Shown here: one piece after another, positions 1 through 11,300 of the stretch
Layout: each line of letters starts with the position of its first letter
Numbering within the stretch: position 1 is the first letter of the stretch
Source of the DNA: Anaerolineae bacterium
Lineage (GTDB): Bacteria; Chloroflexota; Anaerolineae; UBA1429
Length of the DNA: 64,000 nt
NCBI GenBank assembly: GCA_963675785.1
Contig: OY776562.1
Span: forward strand, 2,400,001 to 2,464,000
Direction of reading: 5' to 3'
Translations under genes and position numbers: made by a program
The notes under the pieces: model-generated
Seen by the model: only the letters and a program-made list of their open reading frames with translations
Told to the model about the DNA's origin: nothing
Database searches by the model: none

Positions 1-24
1 AGATGCAGCGCTCAAGCTCAAGCG

Positions 25-402
25 CTACTTGCTGGCGCGCTTTCTGCCAGCGACAGTACGCCTCATGCCGCGATTTGTGCGAGCATTCGTCTTGGTGCGC
101 TGCCCATGACAGGGCAACCCACGACGATGCCGCAATCCGCGATAGGAGCCAATCTCCTGGAGGCGCTTGATATTCATCGACGTCTCGCGGCGGAGATCAC
201 CCTCGACGAGGTACTCGTTATCGATGAGCTCACGCAAACGAGCGCTCTCGGCCTCAGTTAGATCCCGACAACGTGTATCTGCATTAACCCCAGTGCGATC
301 CAAAATCTCGCGACTGCGAGTAAGCCCGATACCAAAGATGTACGTCAGGCCGATCTCCACGCGCTTGTCGTTGGGGAGATCAATTCCCGCAATACGTGCC
401 AT
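25..402 (-). CDS. rpsM: 30S ribosomal protein S13
   Basis: [10 protein letters not shown]...[21 protein letters not shown], classic S13; AGGAGG SD upstream. Confidence 0.98.
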   Translation of the reverse strand: MARIAGIDLPNDKRVEIGLTYIFGIGLTRSREILDRTGVNADTRCRDLTEAESARLRELIDNEYLVEGDLRRETSMNIKRLQEIGSYRGLRHRRGLPCHGQRTKTNARTNRGMRRTVAGRKRASK

Positions 403-434
403 TCCCTATCCTCCTGCTTGCCCGACCGTAATCG

Positions 435-548
435 CTATCCTTGGCGCTGCTTGTGTCGCGGGTTTTCACATATCACGCGAACAACGCCCTTGCGACGAAT
501 GATCTTGCACTTCTCACATCTTTTTTTGACCGATGGACGAACCTTCAT
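435..548 (-). CDS. rpmJ: 50S ribosomal protein L36 (Zn-binding type)
   Basis: Not in the ORF track; hand translation gives [37 protein letters not shown]; GGAGG SD. Confidence 0.97.
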   Translation of the reverse strand: MKVRPSVKKRCEKCKIIRRKGVVRVICENPRHKQRQG

Positions 549-574
549 CGAAATATCCTCCAAAACAGATGACG

Positions 575-1360
575 CTAAACTGTCGGTGAAAGGGTAAGCT
601 TCTCTGCACCATCTCGAGTGATCAAGATGGTGTGTTCGTAATGAGCAGAAAGACTATTATCTGCTGTTACCACAGTCCAACCGTCTTCTAACGTCCGCGT
701 TTCAAACCCACCCAGGGTAAGCATAGGCTCGATACACAGCGTCATGCCCGTATCCAGTATAGGACCACGCCCAGGCGCACCCCAATTCCAGATAAGCGGT
801 GGCTCATGCATCTCACGGCCGATCCCGTGTCCACCGTACTCACGCACAACCTCTAGCTTGGCAGCACGAGCAGTAATCTCGACAACATGGGAGATATCGG
901 TCAGATGAACCCCTGCTCTTGCGGCTGCAATGCCAGCCTCCAGCGCGCGTTCTGTACCAGCCATCAGACGTTTTGCTTTCTCAGAAACACAACCCACCGC
1001 CACTGTTGTGGCGGCATCTCCTTGAAAGCCGTTCTTGATGGCCCCTACATCCACACTGAGGATATCACCCTCTATTAGTGTGTAAGCGCCAGGAATGCCG
1101 TGTACGATCTCTTGGTTTACAGACGCACAAATGCTGGCCGGAAACCCATGGTAACCCTTGAACGATGGAATAGCGCCCATGTCACGGATCACTGTTTCTG
1201 CCAGGGTGTCCAGCTCAGCAGTAGTTACACCGGGACGAATCGCCTGCCGCAGTGCCTCAAGCACAGCTCCAACGACGCGACCAGCATCTCGCATACATTC
1301 TACTTCTAAAGAGCTTTTTCGCCTAATTTGGCGACGGTCTCTGTTAAACCGCACAGGCAA
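575..1360 (-). CDS. map: Type I methionine aminopeptidase
   Basis: [38 protein letters not shown] motifs; position after adk. Confidence 0.96.
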   Translation of the reverse strand: MPVRFNRDRRQIRRKSSLEVECMRDAGRVVGAVLEALRQAIRPGVTTAELDTLAETVIRDMGAIPSFKGYHGFPASICASVNQEIVHGIPGAYTLIEGDILSVDVGAIKNGFQGDAATTVAVGCVSEKAKRLMAGTERALEAGIAAARAGVHLTDISHVVEITARAAKLEVVREYGGHGIGREMHEPPLIWNWGAPGRGPILDTGMTLCIEPMLTLGGFETRTLEDGWTVVTADNSLSAHYEHTILITRDGAEKLTLSPTV

Positions 1361-1363
1361 CCT

Positions 1364-2032
1364 TCATTTATCGCAGCAAGCGTTCTGGGCATTGAGTAAA
1401 AGCGCTCGCAGATCGGCTTGAATAGCTTCAATATCGCGATTCCCATTGATTGTTCGCAGAGCTCCCGTAGCTCTATAGTACTCAATCAACGGTGCCGTAG
1501 CCTCTTCGTAAACCTTAATTCGACGATTCTGAACCGCTGGCTCATCATCACTCCGTCTTTCCAAAGGGCGGGTGCAATTGTCACATACACCCTCTACCGC
1601 TTCGGGGTTAAAAACGTGATGATAAGTAGCGCCACAGTTAGAACAAAACCAACGGCCAGAAAGTCTATCAAGCAAGACATCTTGGTTCACACGGATATAA
1701 GCGGCAAAGCCCAAACTTCTACCCATGTCCTTTAGCATTTCGGCAAATGCTTCAGCTTGAGCCACTGTACGAGGGAAACCATCCAGAATGACACCCTCAG
1801 CACAATCAGATTCGCTCAAACGTTCGCGAACCAATGCAATGGTCGTCTCGTCCGGTACAAGTGCTCCTCGATCAATGAACGAGACAGCGTACTTGCCAAG
1901 CTCAGTCTCTTGCTCTATCGCGTTCCGAAAGAGGACCCCCGTCGACACTGTAGGGATATCAGCCCATTCAGACAGTAAAGCAGCCTGTGTACCTTTTCCA
2001 GCACCCGGAGCTCCCAGCAGAAGGATATCCAC
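1364..2032 (-). CDS. adk: Adenylate kinase (Zn-lid type)
   Basis: GAPGAGKGT P-loop, LDGFPRT, CxxC...CxxC lid. Confidence 0.97.
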   Translation of the reverse strand: MDILLLGAPGAGKGTQAALLSEWADIPTVSTGVLFRNAIEQETELGKYAVSFIDRGALVPDETTIALVRERLSESDCAEGVILDGFPRTVAQAEAFAEMLKDMGRSLGFAAYIRVNQDVLLDRLSGRWFCSNCGATYHHVFNPEAVEGVCDNCTRPLERRSDDEPAVQNRRIKVYEEATAPLIEYYRATGALRTINGNRDIEAIQADLRALLLNAQNACCDK

Positions 2033-2036
2033 GACG

Positions 2037-3335
2037 TTACCTTAATTTTTTGATAAAGCCCTCATAGTGCCGCATCATTAGCTGCGCTTCGAGTTGCTTC
2101 ATCGTATCTAACACAACGCCTACGACAATCAACAAACCGGTGCTTGTAATAAGCATTTGATCGGTTTGCACCAACGGCTTGACCAGGAACGGCAGAACGG
2201 CAATGAGCCCCAAGAAAAGTGCGCCAACTGCAGTGATACGGCGCATGACACCCTGTAGATAATCAGCCGTTCGTTTGCCCGGACGAATACCCGGCACAAA
2301 ACCACCCTGGCGCTGAAGCGTCTCGGGCAAATTTTGTTGCTGGAACATGACATCCGAGTAAAAGTAGGTAAAGCCGACCGCCAGCAAAAAGTACATGATC
2401 CAATACCAAACGCTGGATGAGCTGAACACGTTAGAAACCCAAGTCGCAAAGCTCGCGATCCACTGCACATCTGCATTGACAAAGTAGCTAGCCAATACGC
2501 CCGGGAACATCATGATAGAAACCGCAAAAATAAGCGGGATCATACCAGCCGAGTTCACCTTGAGGGGGATGTGCGTGCTCTGGCCGCCATATACCTTGTT
2601 CCCGCGTACGCGCTTGGCATACTGCACGGGAATGCGGCGTTCGCCCTCATGCACATACACAATACCCACAATGGTGATAGCCGTAACCACCACAAATACC
2701 GCGATGGACCATGGATTGACGACCCACAATTCACCAACGTTGGAAGGGATGCCCGAGACAATGTTGCCAAAGATGATAATGGACAAGCCGTTGCCAATAC
2801 CAATCTCATCAATAAGCTGACCCAGCCAGATCGCTCCCATGGTTCCGCCAACTAGTGTCAACAAAGTAGCCGTCGTCGGTAGCCAGGTGCCTGCTGCAAA
2901 GCCAAAGTTCTCAATGACCGCACCAGAAGACGACGTGGATAACATCGCCGCCTGAGCCCATCCCTGCAACAAGCAGAGGGGAATGGTCAAAAAGTAGGTG
3001 TACATGTTCATCTTGCGTCGGCCAGCCTCGCCCTCTTCACCAAGCCTTTCAAGCGCTGGGATTACGGGCTGCAGCAGCTGCAGAACGATCTGGGCTGTGA
3101 TATAAGGATAGACGCCCAATGCCATTACAGAGAAACTTTGCATGGCCCCACCGGAGAACATGTCCAGCATGCCAAGAAGCTGGTTCTGCTCGATAACAGA
3201 TTGCAGAGCGGCAGCATTGACATTAGGCACAGGAATGTGCGCAGCCAAACGATAAATTGCCAAAATCAGCAAAGTAAAGAGTAGCTTTTTGCGCAACTCG
3301 GGTAGCTTGAACGCGTTCGTTAGTGCCTGGAGCAT
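2037..3335 (-). CDS. secY: Preprotein translocase subunit SecY
   Basis: LGVYPYITAQIV, GIGNGLS, PGIRPG, TGLLIVVGV; multi-TM. Confidence 0.98.
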   Translation of the reverse strand: MLQALTNAFKLPELRKKLLFTLLILAIYRLAAHIPVPNVNAAALQSVIEQNQLLGMLDMFSGGAMQSFSVMALGVYPYITAQIVLQLLQPVIPALERLGEEGEAGRRKMNMYTYFLTIPLCLLQGWAQAAMLSTSSSGAVIENFGFAAGTWLPTTATLLTLVGGTMGAIWLGQLIDEIGIGNGLSIIIFGNIVSGIPSNVGELWVVNPWSIAVFVVVTAITIVGIVYVHEGERRIPVQYAKRVRGNKVYGGQSTHIPLKVNSAGMIPLIFAVSIMMFPGVLASYFVNADVQWIASFATWVSNVFSSSSVWYWIMYFLLAVGFTYFYSDVMFQQQNLPETLQRQGGFVPGIRPGKRTADYLQGVMRRITAVGALFLGLIAVLPFLVKPLVQTDQMLITSTGLLIVVGVVLDTMKQLEAQLMMRHYEGFIKKLR

Positions 3336-3378
3336 CTATTCCTCCAATACCGCAATCAGCCAACGCGGCCGCATCAAT

Positions 3379-3822
3379 TTAGAGAATTTCGACCGTTCCG
3401 CCCACAGCTTCGATCTTGGTGCGAGCCGAAGCCGAGACTTTGTCAACCTTGAGCGTCAAAGGACGATCCAAGTCTCCATCACCCAAGATCTTGACGGGGT
3501 AATGGTCGTTTTTGACAAGCCCGACGGCGATAAGCTCTAGAACGCTGACCACGGCGCCCGCTTCAAAACAATCCAGATCTCCAACGTTCACTGGAGAATA
3601 GGGAACTCGATTAAAGTTGGTAAACCCAGGACGGAAAGCAAGCCTCCGAACCAACGGCAGCTGGCCGCCTTCAAAGTATAACTTGCCGCCGCGCCCAGAA
3701 CGAGAACCAGCGCCTTTTGTACCATAACCACAGGTTTTGCCCTGCCCTGACGAGATGCCACGCCCAACGCGCTTGCGCGAGTGAGTGGCTCCCTCAGGAG
3801 AAGCAAGTTCGTGTAACTTCAT
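3379..3822 (-). CDS. rplO: 50S ribosomal protein L15
   Basis: RVGRGISSGQGKT, FEGGQLPL. Confidence 0.97.
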   Translation of the reverse strand: MKLHELASPEGATHSRKRVGRGISSGQGKTCGYGTKGAGSRSGRGGKLYFEGGQLPLVRRLAFRPGFTNFNRVPYSPVNVGDLDCFEAGAVVSVLELIAVGLVKNDHYPVKILGDGDLDRPLTLKVDKVSASARTKIEAVGGTVEIL

Positions 3823-4007
3823 TATGCTACCTCTTCAACCTCAAGGAGATGCTGCACCTTGTTAACCATGCCGCGTATCACAGGATTATCTTCATGTTCG
3901 GACACATCACCCAGGCGCCTAAGCCCCAAGGCATGTACCGTGTCTTTTTGATCCTGTTTGCGCCCAATGGCGCTCCTCACATACTTGATTCGAAGCTTGC
4001 TAGACAT
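3822..4007 (-). CDS. rpmD: 50S ribosomal protein L30
   Basis: [16 protein letters not shown]...[12 protein letters not shown]; start moved to ATG at 4007, overlapping the rpsE stop. Confidence 0.95.
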   Translation of the reverse strand: MSSKLRIKYVRSAIGRKQDQKDTVHALGLRRLGDVSEHEDNPVIRGMVNKVQHLLEVEEVA

Positions 4008-4554
4008 CGGCAGACACTTTCCAGGGCGCAAGCAGATCAGACACGGGCAGGCCGCGTCGTTCAGCTTCAACCTCAACATCCTTAAGCTGCTTTAGCCCTT
4101 CAAACGTCGCAAAGACCACGTTGAACACATTATCGCTGCCCAAAGATTTGGCCAGCACATCTTTGCAGCCCAAAGCCTCAAGCACGGCACGCACGCCGCC
4201 ACCCGCGATAACGCCGGTACCAGGCGAAGCCGGCTTCATCAACACCTGAGCCGCACCGAACTTGACCAAAACTTCGTGGGGAATTGTGCGTTCGGAAACC
4301 ATGGGCACAGTAATCATGCTACGACGAGCATGCTCTCCCGCCTTGCGAATTGCCTGCGGCACTTCGCGGGCCTTACCCACACCCACACCAACGCGACCTT
4401 TGCCATCACCAACGACCATCAAAGCACGGAAGCCAAAACGGCGTCCACCTTTGACAACCTTGGAAACACGACTGATGTGAACGACGCGCTCAGTAAGCCC
4501 GTCATCCTCACGTCCACGAGAGCGGTCACGCCCTCGATCGTCATTTCTCGCCAT
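4000..4554 (-). CDS. rpsE: 30S ribosomal protein S5
   Basis: [26 protein letters not shown]. Confidence 0.98.
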   Translation of the reverse strand: MARNDDRGRDRSRGREDDGLTERVVHISRVSKVVKGGRRFGFRALMVVGDGKGRVGVGVGKAREVPQAIRKAGEHARRSMITVPMVSERTIPHEVLVKFGAAQVLMKPASPGTGVIAGGGVRAVLEALGCKDVLAKSLGSDNVFNVVFATFEGLKQLKDVEVEAERRGLPVSDLLAPWKVSADV

Positions 4555-4606
4555 TCACTCTCTCCTAGTCTTAAGCCGTTAGAGCCCAAGCTCTTACTAA
4601 GCAGCC

Positions 4607-4975
4607 CTAGAAATCCAGGCCAGCTTCTCTAGCGGCCTCAGCAAGGGCTTGTACTCGCCCATGATACTGGAATCCACCGCGGTCAAAGACAACGGTCTTG
4701 ATTCCTTTGCCAAGAGCACGCTCTGCGGCCACTCGCCCAACCACCTTGGCGGCATCTGTCTTGGTCATACCTTCGACTTCAGACGCGATGTCCTTATCCA
4801 CGGTGGAAGCCGAAACCAGTGTATGCCGAAGTGTATCATCTATCACTTGCACATAAATGTGCTCCAAGCTGCGATAGACGTTAAAGCGGGGGCACTCGGC
4901 CGTGCCATTGATCTTGTTGCGCACACGACGATGACGCCGAATGCGACTTTCACGTCTTTCCATTGCGGTGTTCAC
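4607..4975 (-). CDS. rplR: 50S ribosomal protein L18
   Basis: [28 protein letters not shown]. Confidence 0.98.
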   Translation of the reverse strand: MNTAMERRESRIRRHRRVRNKINGTAECPRFNVYRSLEHIYVQVIDDTLRHTLVSASTVDKDIASEVEGMTKTDAAKVVGRVAAERALGKGIKTVVFDRGGFQYHGRVQALAEAAREAGLDF

Positions 4976-5514
4976 TTGGCACCCGCCTTTCCGGCCTTAC
5001 GACGGATAACCTCACCCTCGTAAGCAATACCCTTGCCCTTGTAGGGTTCTGGCTTGCGCACTGCGCGGATCCGTGCGGCCATCTCACCAACAGCAGCCTT
5101 GTCATTGCCTTGAATCACAATGGCTTGGCCACCGTTCTCAACACCAAAAGTGATGCCCTCGGGTGCGGTTACTGGCACAGGATGAGAAAATCCCATCTGC
5201 AACACAAGATCTTTGCCTTGTGCTTCTGCACGATAACCCACACCACTGATGACAAGCTTTTTCGCGAACCCTACAGTTACACCGGTCACCATATTGGCGA
5301 TCAATGCTCTTGAAAGGCCGTGAAGAGCCTTGTTGAACTTGGTGTCATCAGGGCGTTCAACTACGATTTGGCCACCCTCGATCTTGACGATCATGTTCGG
5401 GTGGATATCCTGTTCCAGGGTACCCCTAGGGCCACTGATAATCATCTTGCTGCCATCCAGCTTGGCACTTACTCCGGCGGGCAGCTCGACGGGCATGCGT
5501 CCAATTCGAGACAC
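4972..5514 (-). CDS. rplF: 50S ribosomal protein L6
   Basis: [23 protein letters not shown]. Confidence 0.98.
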   Translation of the reverse strand: MSRIGRMPVELPAGVSAKLDGSKMIISGPRGTLEQDIHPNMIVKIEGGQIVVERPDDTKFNKALHGLSRALIANMVTGVTVGFAKKLVISGVGYRAEAQGKDLVLQMGFSHPVPVTAPEGITFGVENGGQAIVIQGNDKAAVGEMAARIRAVRKPEPYKGKGIAYEGEVIRRKAGKAGAK

Positions 5515-5542
5515 TAGAAACCTCCCAATATCCAGCTGCGAA

Positions 5543-5947
5543 CTACCAGACCTTGCAGATCACTTCGCCGCCAACACCGAGCTGGCGTGCCTTGCGGCCC
5601 GTCATAATGCCCTGTGATGTCGATAGGATCACGGAGCCCATGCCTGACTGAACCATAGGGACATCAGCCTTGCCGGCGTAAACACGACAACCCGGCTTGC
5701 TCACGCGCTCCAAACCTCTCAAAACGGGAATACGCTCACGACCACCCGCATACTTGAGATAGATGCGCATCGTCGGCCATTTCGCACCAGCCACGTCTTC
5801 CACTCTCGCGACATATCCTTCACTAAGAAGAACGTCCGCCACAGCGGCCTTCATCTGTGACTTGGGGACAATTACCGTATCATGCTTTGCCATCACTGCA
5901 TTACGCAGCCTGGTGAGCATGTCAGAAATCGGGTCTGTTACCGTCAT
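5543..5947 (-). CDS. rpsH: 30S ribosomal protein S8
   Basis: [31 protein letters not shown]; start at the ATG of MTVTDP. Confidence 0.97.
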   Translation of the reverse strand: MTVTDPISDMLTRLRNAVMAKHDTVIVPKSQMKAAVADVLLSEGYVARVEDVAGAKWPTMRIYLKYAGGRERIPVLRGLERVSKPGCRVYAGKADVPMVQSGMGSVILSTSQGIMTGRKARQLGVGGEVICKVW

Positions 5948-6017
5948 CGTTCCAACTCTCCTGTTCCGCACTCAGCACTCGTCAGGCGGTAACACGCCTG
6001 CAGCACCGGCACGACTG

Positions 6018-6200
6018 CTACCAGCTCGACTTGACGACGCCAGGAATCTTGCCAGACATTGCCAGCTCGCGGAAGCAGATGCGGCACAGCCCAAACCGGC
6101 GCATATACGCTCTGGAACGTCCGCATCGACTACAGCGATTGCGAACTCTGGTCGGGTACTTGCGCCGAGTTTCTCGCGCGATCATCGACTTTTTTGCCAC
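6018..6200 (-). CDS. rpsZ: 30S ribosomal protein S14, short Zn-binding (type Z)
   Basis: RCSRCGR...LCRICFRE...GVVKSSW; GTG start after GGAGG. Confidence 0.95.
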   Translation of the reverse strand: MAKKSMIARETRRKYPTRVRNRCSRCGRSRAYMRRFGLCRICFRELAMSGKIPGVVKSSW

Positions 6201-6255
6201 TGCACACTCCTCCACGCATCCCCCGGGCAGGGGGTTCGCTCGTCGTCCTTAAATC

Positions 6256-6798
6256 CTAGACACGCTGAAACGGCATGCCAAACAGCTCTAGCAATGCACG
6301 GCCTTCTTCATCGGTCTCTGCTGTAGTGACAACAGAAACTTCAAAGCCACGCACGCGATCGATCTTGTCATAGTCGATCTCGGTAAAGATAAGCTGCTCT
6401 CTCAAGCCGAGGGTATAATTGCCTCGGCCGTCAAACGCCGTCCTGGGCACGCCAGAAAAATCACGCTGGCGCGGCAAAGCCACGTTAATCAGACGGTCCA
6501 AAAAGGCATACATCCGGCGCCCGCGTAGGGTCACCTTGGCACCGATCGGGTTGCCTTCGCGCAATCTAAAGGTAGAAATAGACTTGCGCGCGCGCCGAAT
6601 GATCGGCTTTTGACCCGTGATGGTTGTCAGGTCACTAACAGCGGAGTCAAGTGCTTTGGCGTTTTGCAGCGCCTCACCGACACCCACATTCACCACGATC
6701 TTTTCGATACGCGGCACCTGCATCACGTTGTCATACTGGAATCGTTCCATCAAACCAGGAACGATTTCTTCTTTGTACTGTTCCAAAAGATTGGGCAT
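6256..6798 (-). CDS. rplE: 50S ribosomal protein L5
   Basis: [27 protein letters not shown]. Confidence 0.98.
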   Translation of the reverse strand: MPNLLEQYKEEIVPGLMERFQYDNVMQVPRIEKIVVNVGVGEALQNAKALDSAVSDLTTITGQKPIIRRARKSISTFRLREGNPIGAKVTLRGRRMYAFLDRLINVALPRQRDFSGVPRTAFDGRGNYTLGLREQLIFTEIDYDKIDRVRGFEVSVVTTAETDEEGRALLELFGMPFQRV

Positions 6799-6837
6799 TT
6801 TTCGGGTACTCCTGGTCTAAACTCTGCGGCAATAGCG

Positions 6838-7152
6838 CTAATCGAGCGCTTCGTTGCAGCGCCGGCAGATCCGAACCTTGGTCCCGTCTTCACCGATCTG
6901 ATAGCCCACTCTAGAGGGCTTGTCACAATGAGGACAGACGACCGATACGTTCGAAACTTGAATTGGCGCCTCGCGTTCGATGATGCCACCCTCGCTGCCG
7001 GGAGCACCGGTGCGCCGCTGGTGCTTTTTGATCATCCGCACTCCGGAAACAATAAGGCGATTCTCGCGCAGCATAACCTTGTTAACGGTGCCGCGCACGC
7101 CCTTGTCATTCCCGCTGATTACTTCAACTGTATCGCCCTTTTTGATCTTCAT
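6838..7152 (-). CDS. rplX: 50S ribosomal protein L24
   Basis: [20 protein letters not shown] motif; ATG at 7152 best fits the GAGGAG SD. Confidence 0.96.
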   Translation of the reverse strand: MKIKKGDTVEVISGNDKGVRGTVNKVMLRENRLIVSGVRMIKKHQRRTGAPGSEGGIIEREAPIQVSNVSVVCPHCDKPSRVGYQIGEDGTKVRICRRCNEALD

Positions 7153-7201
7153 ACCACTCACTCCTCGACGTGGCCGCCCTCCAGAGCGCCGCCCGATGCT
7201 G

Positions 7202-7570
7202 TTATAGCACCTCAGGCGACAGAGAGACGATTCTCATAAAGCCCCGCTCACGCAGTTCGCGCCCAACCGGGCCAAAAATGCGCGTACCGCGAGGGTTCTG
7301 CTCAGCGTCGAGAATGACTGCGGCATTGTCATCGAAGCGAATGTAAGAACCATCGGGCCTACGATAAGTCTTGGCCTGCCGCACGATTACGGCACGAACC
7401 ACATCCTTTTTCTTGACGGCACCACCCGGCGACGCACTCTTGACCGAAGCCACGATCACATCGCCCACACTCGCATACCGACGCCGCGAACCACCCAACA
7501 CCTTGATGCACATGATCTCGCGTGCGCCCGTGTTATCGGCGACCTTTAGCCTTGTATTTGCCTGAATCAT
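7202..7570 (-). CDS. rplN: 50S ribosomal protein L14
   Basis: [25 protein letters not shown]. Confidence 0.98.
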   Translation of the reverse strand: MIQANTRLKVADNTGAREIMCIKVLGGSRRRYASVGDVIVASVKSASPGGAVKKKDVVRAVIVRQAKTYRRPDGSYIRFDDNAAVILDAEQNPRGTRIFGPVGRELRERGFMRIVSLSPEVL

Positions 7571-7661
7571 TGCTCGTCACCCCAATGTTACTTGCGCGCC
7601 CAAGCGCCCTCGGCATTGCGCAGAACCACCCCAAGGGCAGGCCAGCCATGGGAATTGTGCG

Positions 7662-7898
7662 CTAGCGCACAACCTCCACGACTCTCCAGCGCTTCCTCTT
7701 ACTCAGTGGACGAGTCTCTTCAATCAGGACAATGTCGCCCTCTTGGCAGATCTCGTTCTCGTCATGTGCAAGATACTTTTTGCCTGTGCGTATCGTCTTT
7801 TTATACAAACGATGCTGGAAAGCGCGCTCAACACGCACTGCCACGGTTTTTTGCATCTTTGTACTCACGACGACGCCACTCATTTGCTTTTGCGCCAT
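7662..7898 (-). CDS. rpsQ: 30S ribosomal protein S17
   Basis: [22 protein letters not shown]. Confidence 0.97.
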   Translation of the reverse strand: MAQKQMSGVVVSTKMQKTVAVRVERAFQHRLYKKTIRTGKKYLAHDENEICQEGDIVLIEETRPLSKRKRWRVVEVVR

Positions 7899-7900
7899 AC

Positions 7901-8101
7901 CTACTGTACCTCCTCGACGACCTGCTCGCTGAGCACCGTCTTGGTACGAGCGATCTCACGTCGAACAGTCCGCAGTCGACCTACATTCTCAAGTTGCCTA
8001 GTAGCCGCCTGGAACCGAAGATTGAACAGCTCCTGGTATAGCTCCTCAAGGTGCTGCGCGAGCTCGCCGCGCGTCATCTCTCGCATATCACTGGCTTTCA
8101 T
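7901..8101 (-). CDS. rpmC: 50S ribosomal protein L29
   Basis: ELFNLRFQ...VRREIAR. Confidence 0.96.
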   Translation of the reverse strand: MKASDMREMTRGELAQHLEELYQELFNLRFQAATRQLENVGRLRTVRREIARTKTVLSEQVVEEVQ

Positions 8102-8658
8102 GCCGTCTCCTCCTCGGCGGATGCAACCTCGACGGCCTCTTCTTCAGCCAGTGCTTCGGCCTCTTCTTCGGCCTCAGATGCAACCATCTCTGCAGCAGCA
8201 GCCAAGTTCTCCGCGACTTCTTGAGCGCGCTCAGCGCGCTCGGCCTTGGTCAATTCGCGCTCGACGATGATGGTAGGAACAGCGAGCTTTTGGGCTCCAA
8301 GTTCCAGTGCACGAATTGCTGTGGCTCTATCTACACCGCGGATCTCAAAGATGATCCGACCCGGCTTGACAACTGCCACATAGTGATCCAAGTCACCCTT
8401 ACCACTACCCATGCGGGTTTCTGCAGCCTTGGCAGTGACGGGCTTGTCAGGAAAGACACTCGTCCACAATTGTCCCGCTCGCTTCATCTGGCGCACAATC
8501 GCTCGACGTGCAGCTTCCAATTGACGGCTGGTAACCCAGGCAGGCTCGATGGCCTTCAATCCATAGTCACCGTAGTTAAGTTCACAACCACGATAGGCCT
8601 TACCACGCATGCGACCACGATGCTGCTTGCGGTGCTTTAGCCTCTTTGGCATCAACAT
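8098..8658 (-). CDS. rplP: 50S ribosomal protein L16 with acidic C-terminal extension
   Basis: [29 protein letters not shown]. Confidence 0.97.
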   Translation of the reverse strand: MLMPKRLKHRKQHRGRMRGKAYRGCELNYGDYGLKAIEPAWVTSRQLEAARRAIVRQMKRAGQLWTSVFPDKPVTAKAAETRMGSGKGDLDHYVAVVKPGRIIFEIRGVDRATAIRALELGAQKLAVPTIIVERELTKAERAERAQEVAENLAAAAEMVASEAEEEAEALAEEEAVEVASAEEETA

Positions 8659-8670
8659 GATACTGACTCC

Positions 8671-9336
8671 TTAGGCGCTGGCAGAGGCATTAGCAGCCTC
8701 GGGCAGTACTTCGCCGCGATAGATCCACACCTTGACACCGATGCGACCCTGTGCGGTCAGCGACTCTGCAACAGAATAGTCAATGTCTGCGCGCAGTGTA
8801 TGAAGAGGAACGCGTCCCTCTCTTACCCACTCTTTGCGAGACATTTCAGCACCACCCAGGCGCCCACTGCAGCAGATCTTGATGCCCTCGGCGCCTGCGC
8901 GCATAGCACGTACAACTGCCTGACGCATGGCGCGCTTTTGCGAAACGCGTCGCTCCAACTGCTCTGCGACACTTTCAGCAACCAGATGGGCATCCAAGTC
9001 TGGCTGTTCGACCTCTTGAACATCGAGGCGCAAATTCTTGCTCTCGATATCCGTTAGTTCTTCAACCTTGTGCTTGAGGGCGTTAATGCTGGCACCTTTA
9101 CGCCCGATGACAACACCTGGCTTGGCTGTTACGATCGTAACTGCAACCCGCTTGGGGAAACGCTGAATCTCTATACGAGAAACACCGGCGCGGCCAAGTT
9201 CACTGTTGATCAACTTGCGTATCTGTTCGTCTTCGTGGACCAGCTTGGCATATCGATTGCCTTCAGCATACCACGTGGATTCCCAACTCTTAATCACCCC
9301 AAGCCTGAAGCCTATGGGATTAACCTTCCGGCCCAA
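8671..9336 (-). CDS. rpsC: 30S ribosomal protein S3
   Basis: GRKVNPIGFRLG, KH domain, GRVPLHTLRADIDY; TTG start. Confidence 0.98.
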   Translation of the reverse strand: MGRKVNPIGFRLGVIKSWESTWYAEGNRYAKLVHEDEQIRKLINSELGRAGVSRIEIQRFPKRVAVTIVTAKPGVVIGRKGASINALKHKVEELTDIESKNLRLDVQEVEQPDLDAHLVAESVAEQLERRVSQKRAMRQAVVRAMRAGAEGIKICCSGRLGGAEMSRKEWVREGRVPLHTLRADIDYSVAESLTAQGRIGVKVWIYRGEVLPEAANASASA

Positions 9337-9361
9337 GATCTCCTCCTTGTACTCTCACGCT

Positions 9362-9709
9362 TTATGCCTGTGCCCGTTCTGTTACCATCACCGAGATGTG
9401 GGAGCCGCGCTTGAGAAGGGGCTTGTAACGCCCACGAGCGCCTGCACGCCCACGACGCAATGTCGGGGCATCATCCACCTTGATCTCAGCGATGTACAAA
9501 TCATCCAACAGCAATCCATAGTTTTCTTCGGCGTTGGCAGCAGCCGAAGCGACTACCTGGGAAACGGACTTGGCAGCAGCGCGGTTCGTAAACTGGAGCA
9601 CTGTCAGGGCCTCTTGTACATTCTTGCCACGCACGAGGTCAGCCACCAGGCGCACCTTTTGCGGAGACATCCGAATGTATTTGGCCACAGCTCGCACTTC
9701 AACGCTCAT
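9362..9709 (-). CDS. rplV: 50S ribosomal protein L22
   Basis: RMSPQKVRLVADLVRG, SAAANAE. Confidence 0.97.
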   Translation of the reverse strand: MSVEVRAVAKYIRMSPQKVRLVADLVRGKNVQEALTVLQFTNRAAAKSVSQVVASAAANAEENYGLLLDDLYIAEIKVDDAPTLRRGRAGARGRYKPLLKRGSHISVMVTERAQA

Positions 9710-9760
9710 GCCTTATCTCCTAATCGTTCTCTCAAGGCACTATGCGTGCCAGAAAACTCG

Positions 9761-10045
9761 CTATCCGACACGCGAACCACGTTCGCTGGACCTTGCGTGT
9801 CCACGGAAGTAACGTGTAGGAGCAAACTCACCTAGCTTGTGCCCTACCATATTCTCGGTGATGTAGATGGGCACGTGACGGCGACCATCATGTACTGCGA
9901 TAGTATGGCCAACCATCTGAGGGAACACGGTGCTTGCCCGCGACCACGTTTTGATGACCCGCTTTTCGCCGCGGCGGTTCATCTCTTCGACTTTTTTCAG
10001 AAGCTTGTCCGCTACGAACGGACCCTTCTTCAACGATCTCGACAT
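9761..10045 (-). CDS. rpsS: 30S ribosomal protein S19
   Basis: [21 protein letters not shown]. Confidence 0.98.
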   Translation of the reverse strand: MSRSLKKGPFVADKLLKKVEEMNRRGEKRVIKTWSRASTVFPQMVGHTIAVHDGRRHVPIYITENMVGHKLGEFAPTRYFRGHARSSERGSRVG

Positions 10046-10108
10046 TACCTAGCCTCCTGACCGGCTCCCGGGGATCCGGGGTGGCCCGGCCCAGTGCCTA
10101 CGCTGATA

Positions 10109-10945
10109 TTAGCTGCGTCCGCTTCCGCGACGACGGACAATGTACTTGTCACTCTGCTTCTTACCGCGAGTCTTGTAGCCCAACGCGGGCTTGCCCCACG
10201 GCGTACGCGGCCCCGGAAGACCAATGGGGGCCTTGCCCTCACCACCACCATGCGGATGGTCGCAAGGGTTCATCGCAGAACCACGAACTTGCGGACGACG
10301 GCCCATCCAGCGCTTACGCCCGGCCTTACCAAGCTTGATGTTGCCGTGGTCGACATTGCCGACCTGACCAATGGTTGCCATGCAATTTGCCTTGACAAGC
10401 CGCATCTCACCAGAGGGGAGACGCAAGAGCGCAGTATCGCCTTCTTTGGCTGCAACTTGAGCGCCAGTGCCAGCTGCACGAGCCAGCTGGCCACCCTTAC
10501 CCGGCGTCAGTTCAACGTTATGAACAATTGTACCGAGCGGGATGTTTGCCAGCGGAAGGGCATTCCCAGGTCGAATTTCGGCCTCTGCACCGGAGCTCAG
10601 CATATCGCCAACTTGAACACCCACCGGAACCAGAATATAGCGCTTTTCACCGTCACGATAAGCGATCAATGCAATTCGCGCCGACCGATTAGGATCGTAC
10701 TCGATGGTCTGCACTTTGGCGGGAATACCAACCTTATCGCGTTTGAAATCGATAATACGATAACGGCGTTTGTGTCCACCGCCACGATGTCGGACAGTGA
10801 TTTTGCCACGGACGTTACGTCCGGCATGCTTGCTTTGCTTTGCCACCAGCGAGCGCTCGGGCTTGGATGCCGTAATCTCTTCAAAAGAGTATCCCGTCAT
10901 CGACCTGCGCGAAGGCGTGGTGGGCCTGTAAACCTTTATAGCCAT
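10109..10945 (-). CDS. rplB: 50S ribosomal protein L2
   Basis: [32 protein letters not shown]. Confidence 0.98.
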   Translation of the reverse strand: MAIKVYRPTTPSRRSMTGYSFEEITASKPERSLVAKQSKHAGRNVRGKITVRHRGGGHKRRYRIIDFKRDKVGIPAKVQTIEYDPNRSARIALIAYRDGEKRYILVPVGVQVGDMLSSGAEAEIRPGNALPLANIPLGTIVHNVELTPGKGGQLARAAGTGAQVAAKEGDTALLRLPSGEMRLVKANCMATIGQVGNVDHGNIKLGKAGRKRWMGRRPQVRGSAMNPCDHPHGGGEGKAPIGLPGPRTPWGKPALGYKTRGKKQSDKYIVRRRGSGRS

Positions 10946-10977
10946 TGCCTCTTCCTCTCAGACTCCGCGAAACAGCC

Positions 10978-11265
10978 CTATACGCCTTCGAAAAAGCTGA
11001 TGCTGTCGCCCGCTTTTAGTGTCACGATGGCCTTCTTCCACTCTGGACTCTGACTGTAGAAGCGACCAAAACGACGGCGTTTGCCGCGAACATTGATGAC
11101 ATTCACGCGGAGGACAGTTACATCAAAGATCTTTTCGACAGCCTGGGCTACCTGAATTCTATTAGCCCTGGTATCGACCTCAAAGGTGTACGTGTTCAGC
11201 GCGTCAGCCTGAAAATTGCTTTTTTCTGTCAGAATCGGGCGCCTAAGCACTTCATATGTATGCAT
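10978..11265 (-). CDS. rplW: 50S ribosomal protein L23
   Basis: RPILTEKS, WKKAIVTL. Confidence 0.96.
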   Translation of the reverse strand: MHTYEVLRRPILTEKSNFQADALNTYTFEVDTRANRIQVAQAVEKIFDVTVLRVNVINVRGKRRRFGRFYSQSPEWKKAIVTLKAGDSISFFEGV

Positions 11266-11300
11266 CTCAACGTTCCCCCTATGCCTACCGGCTCGCTAGC

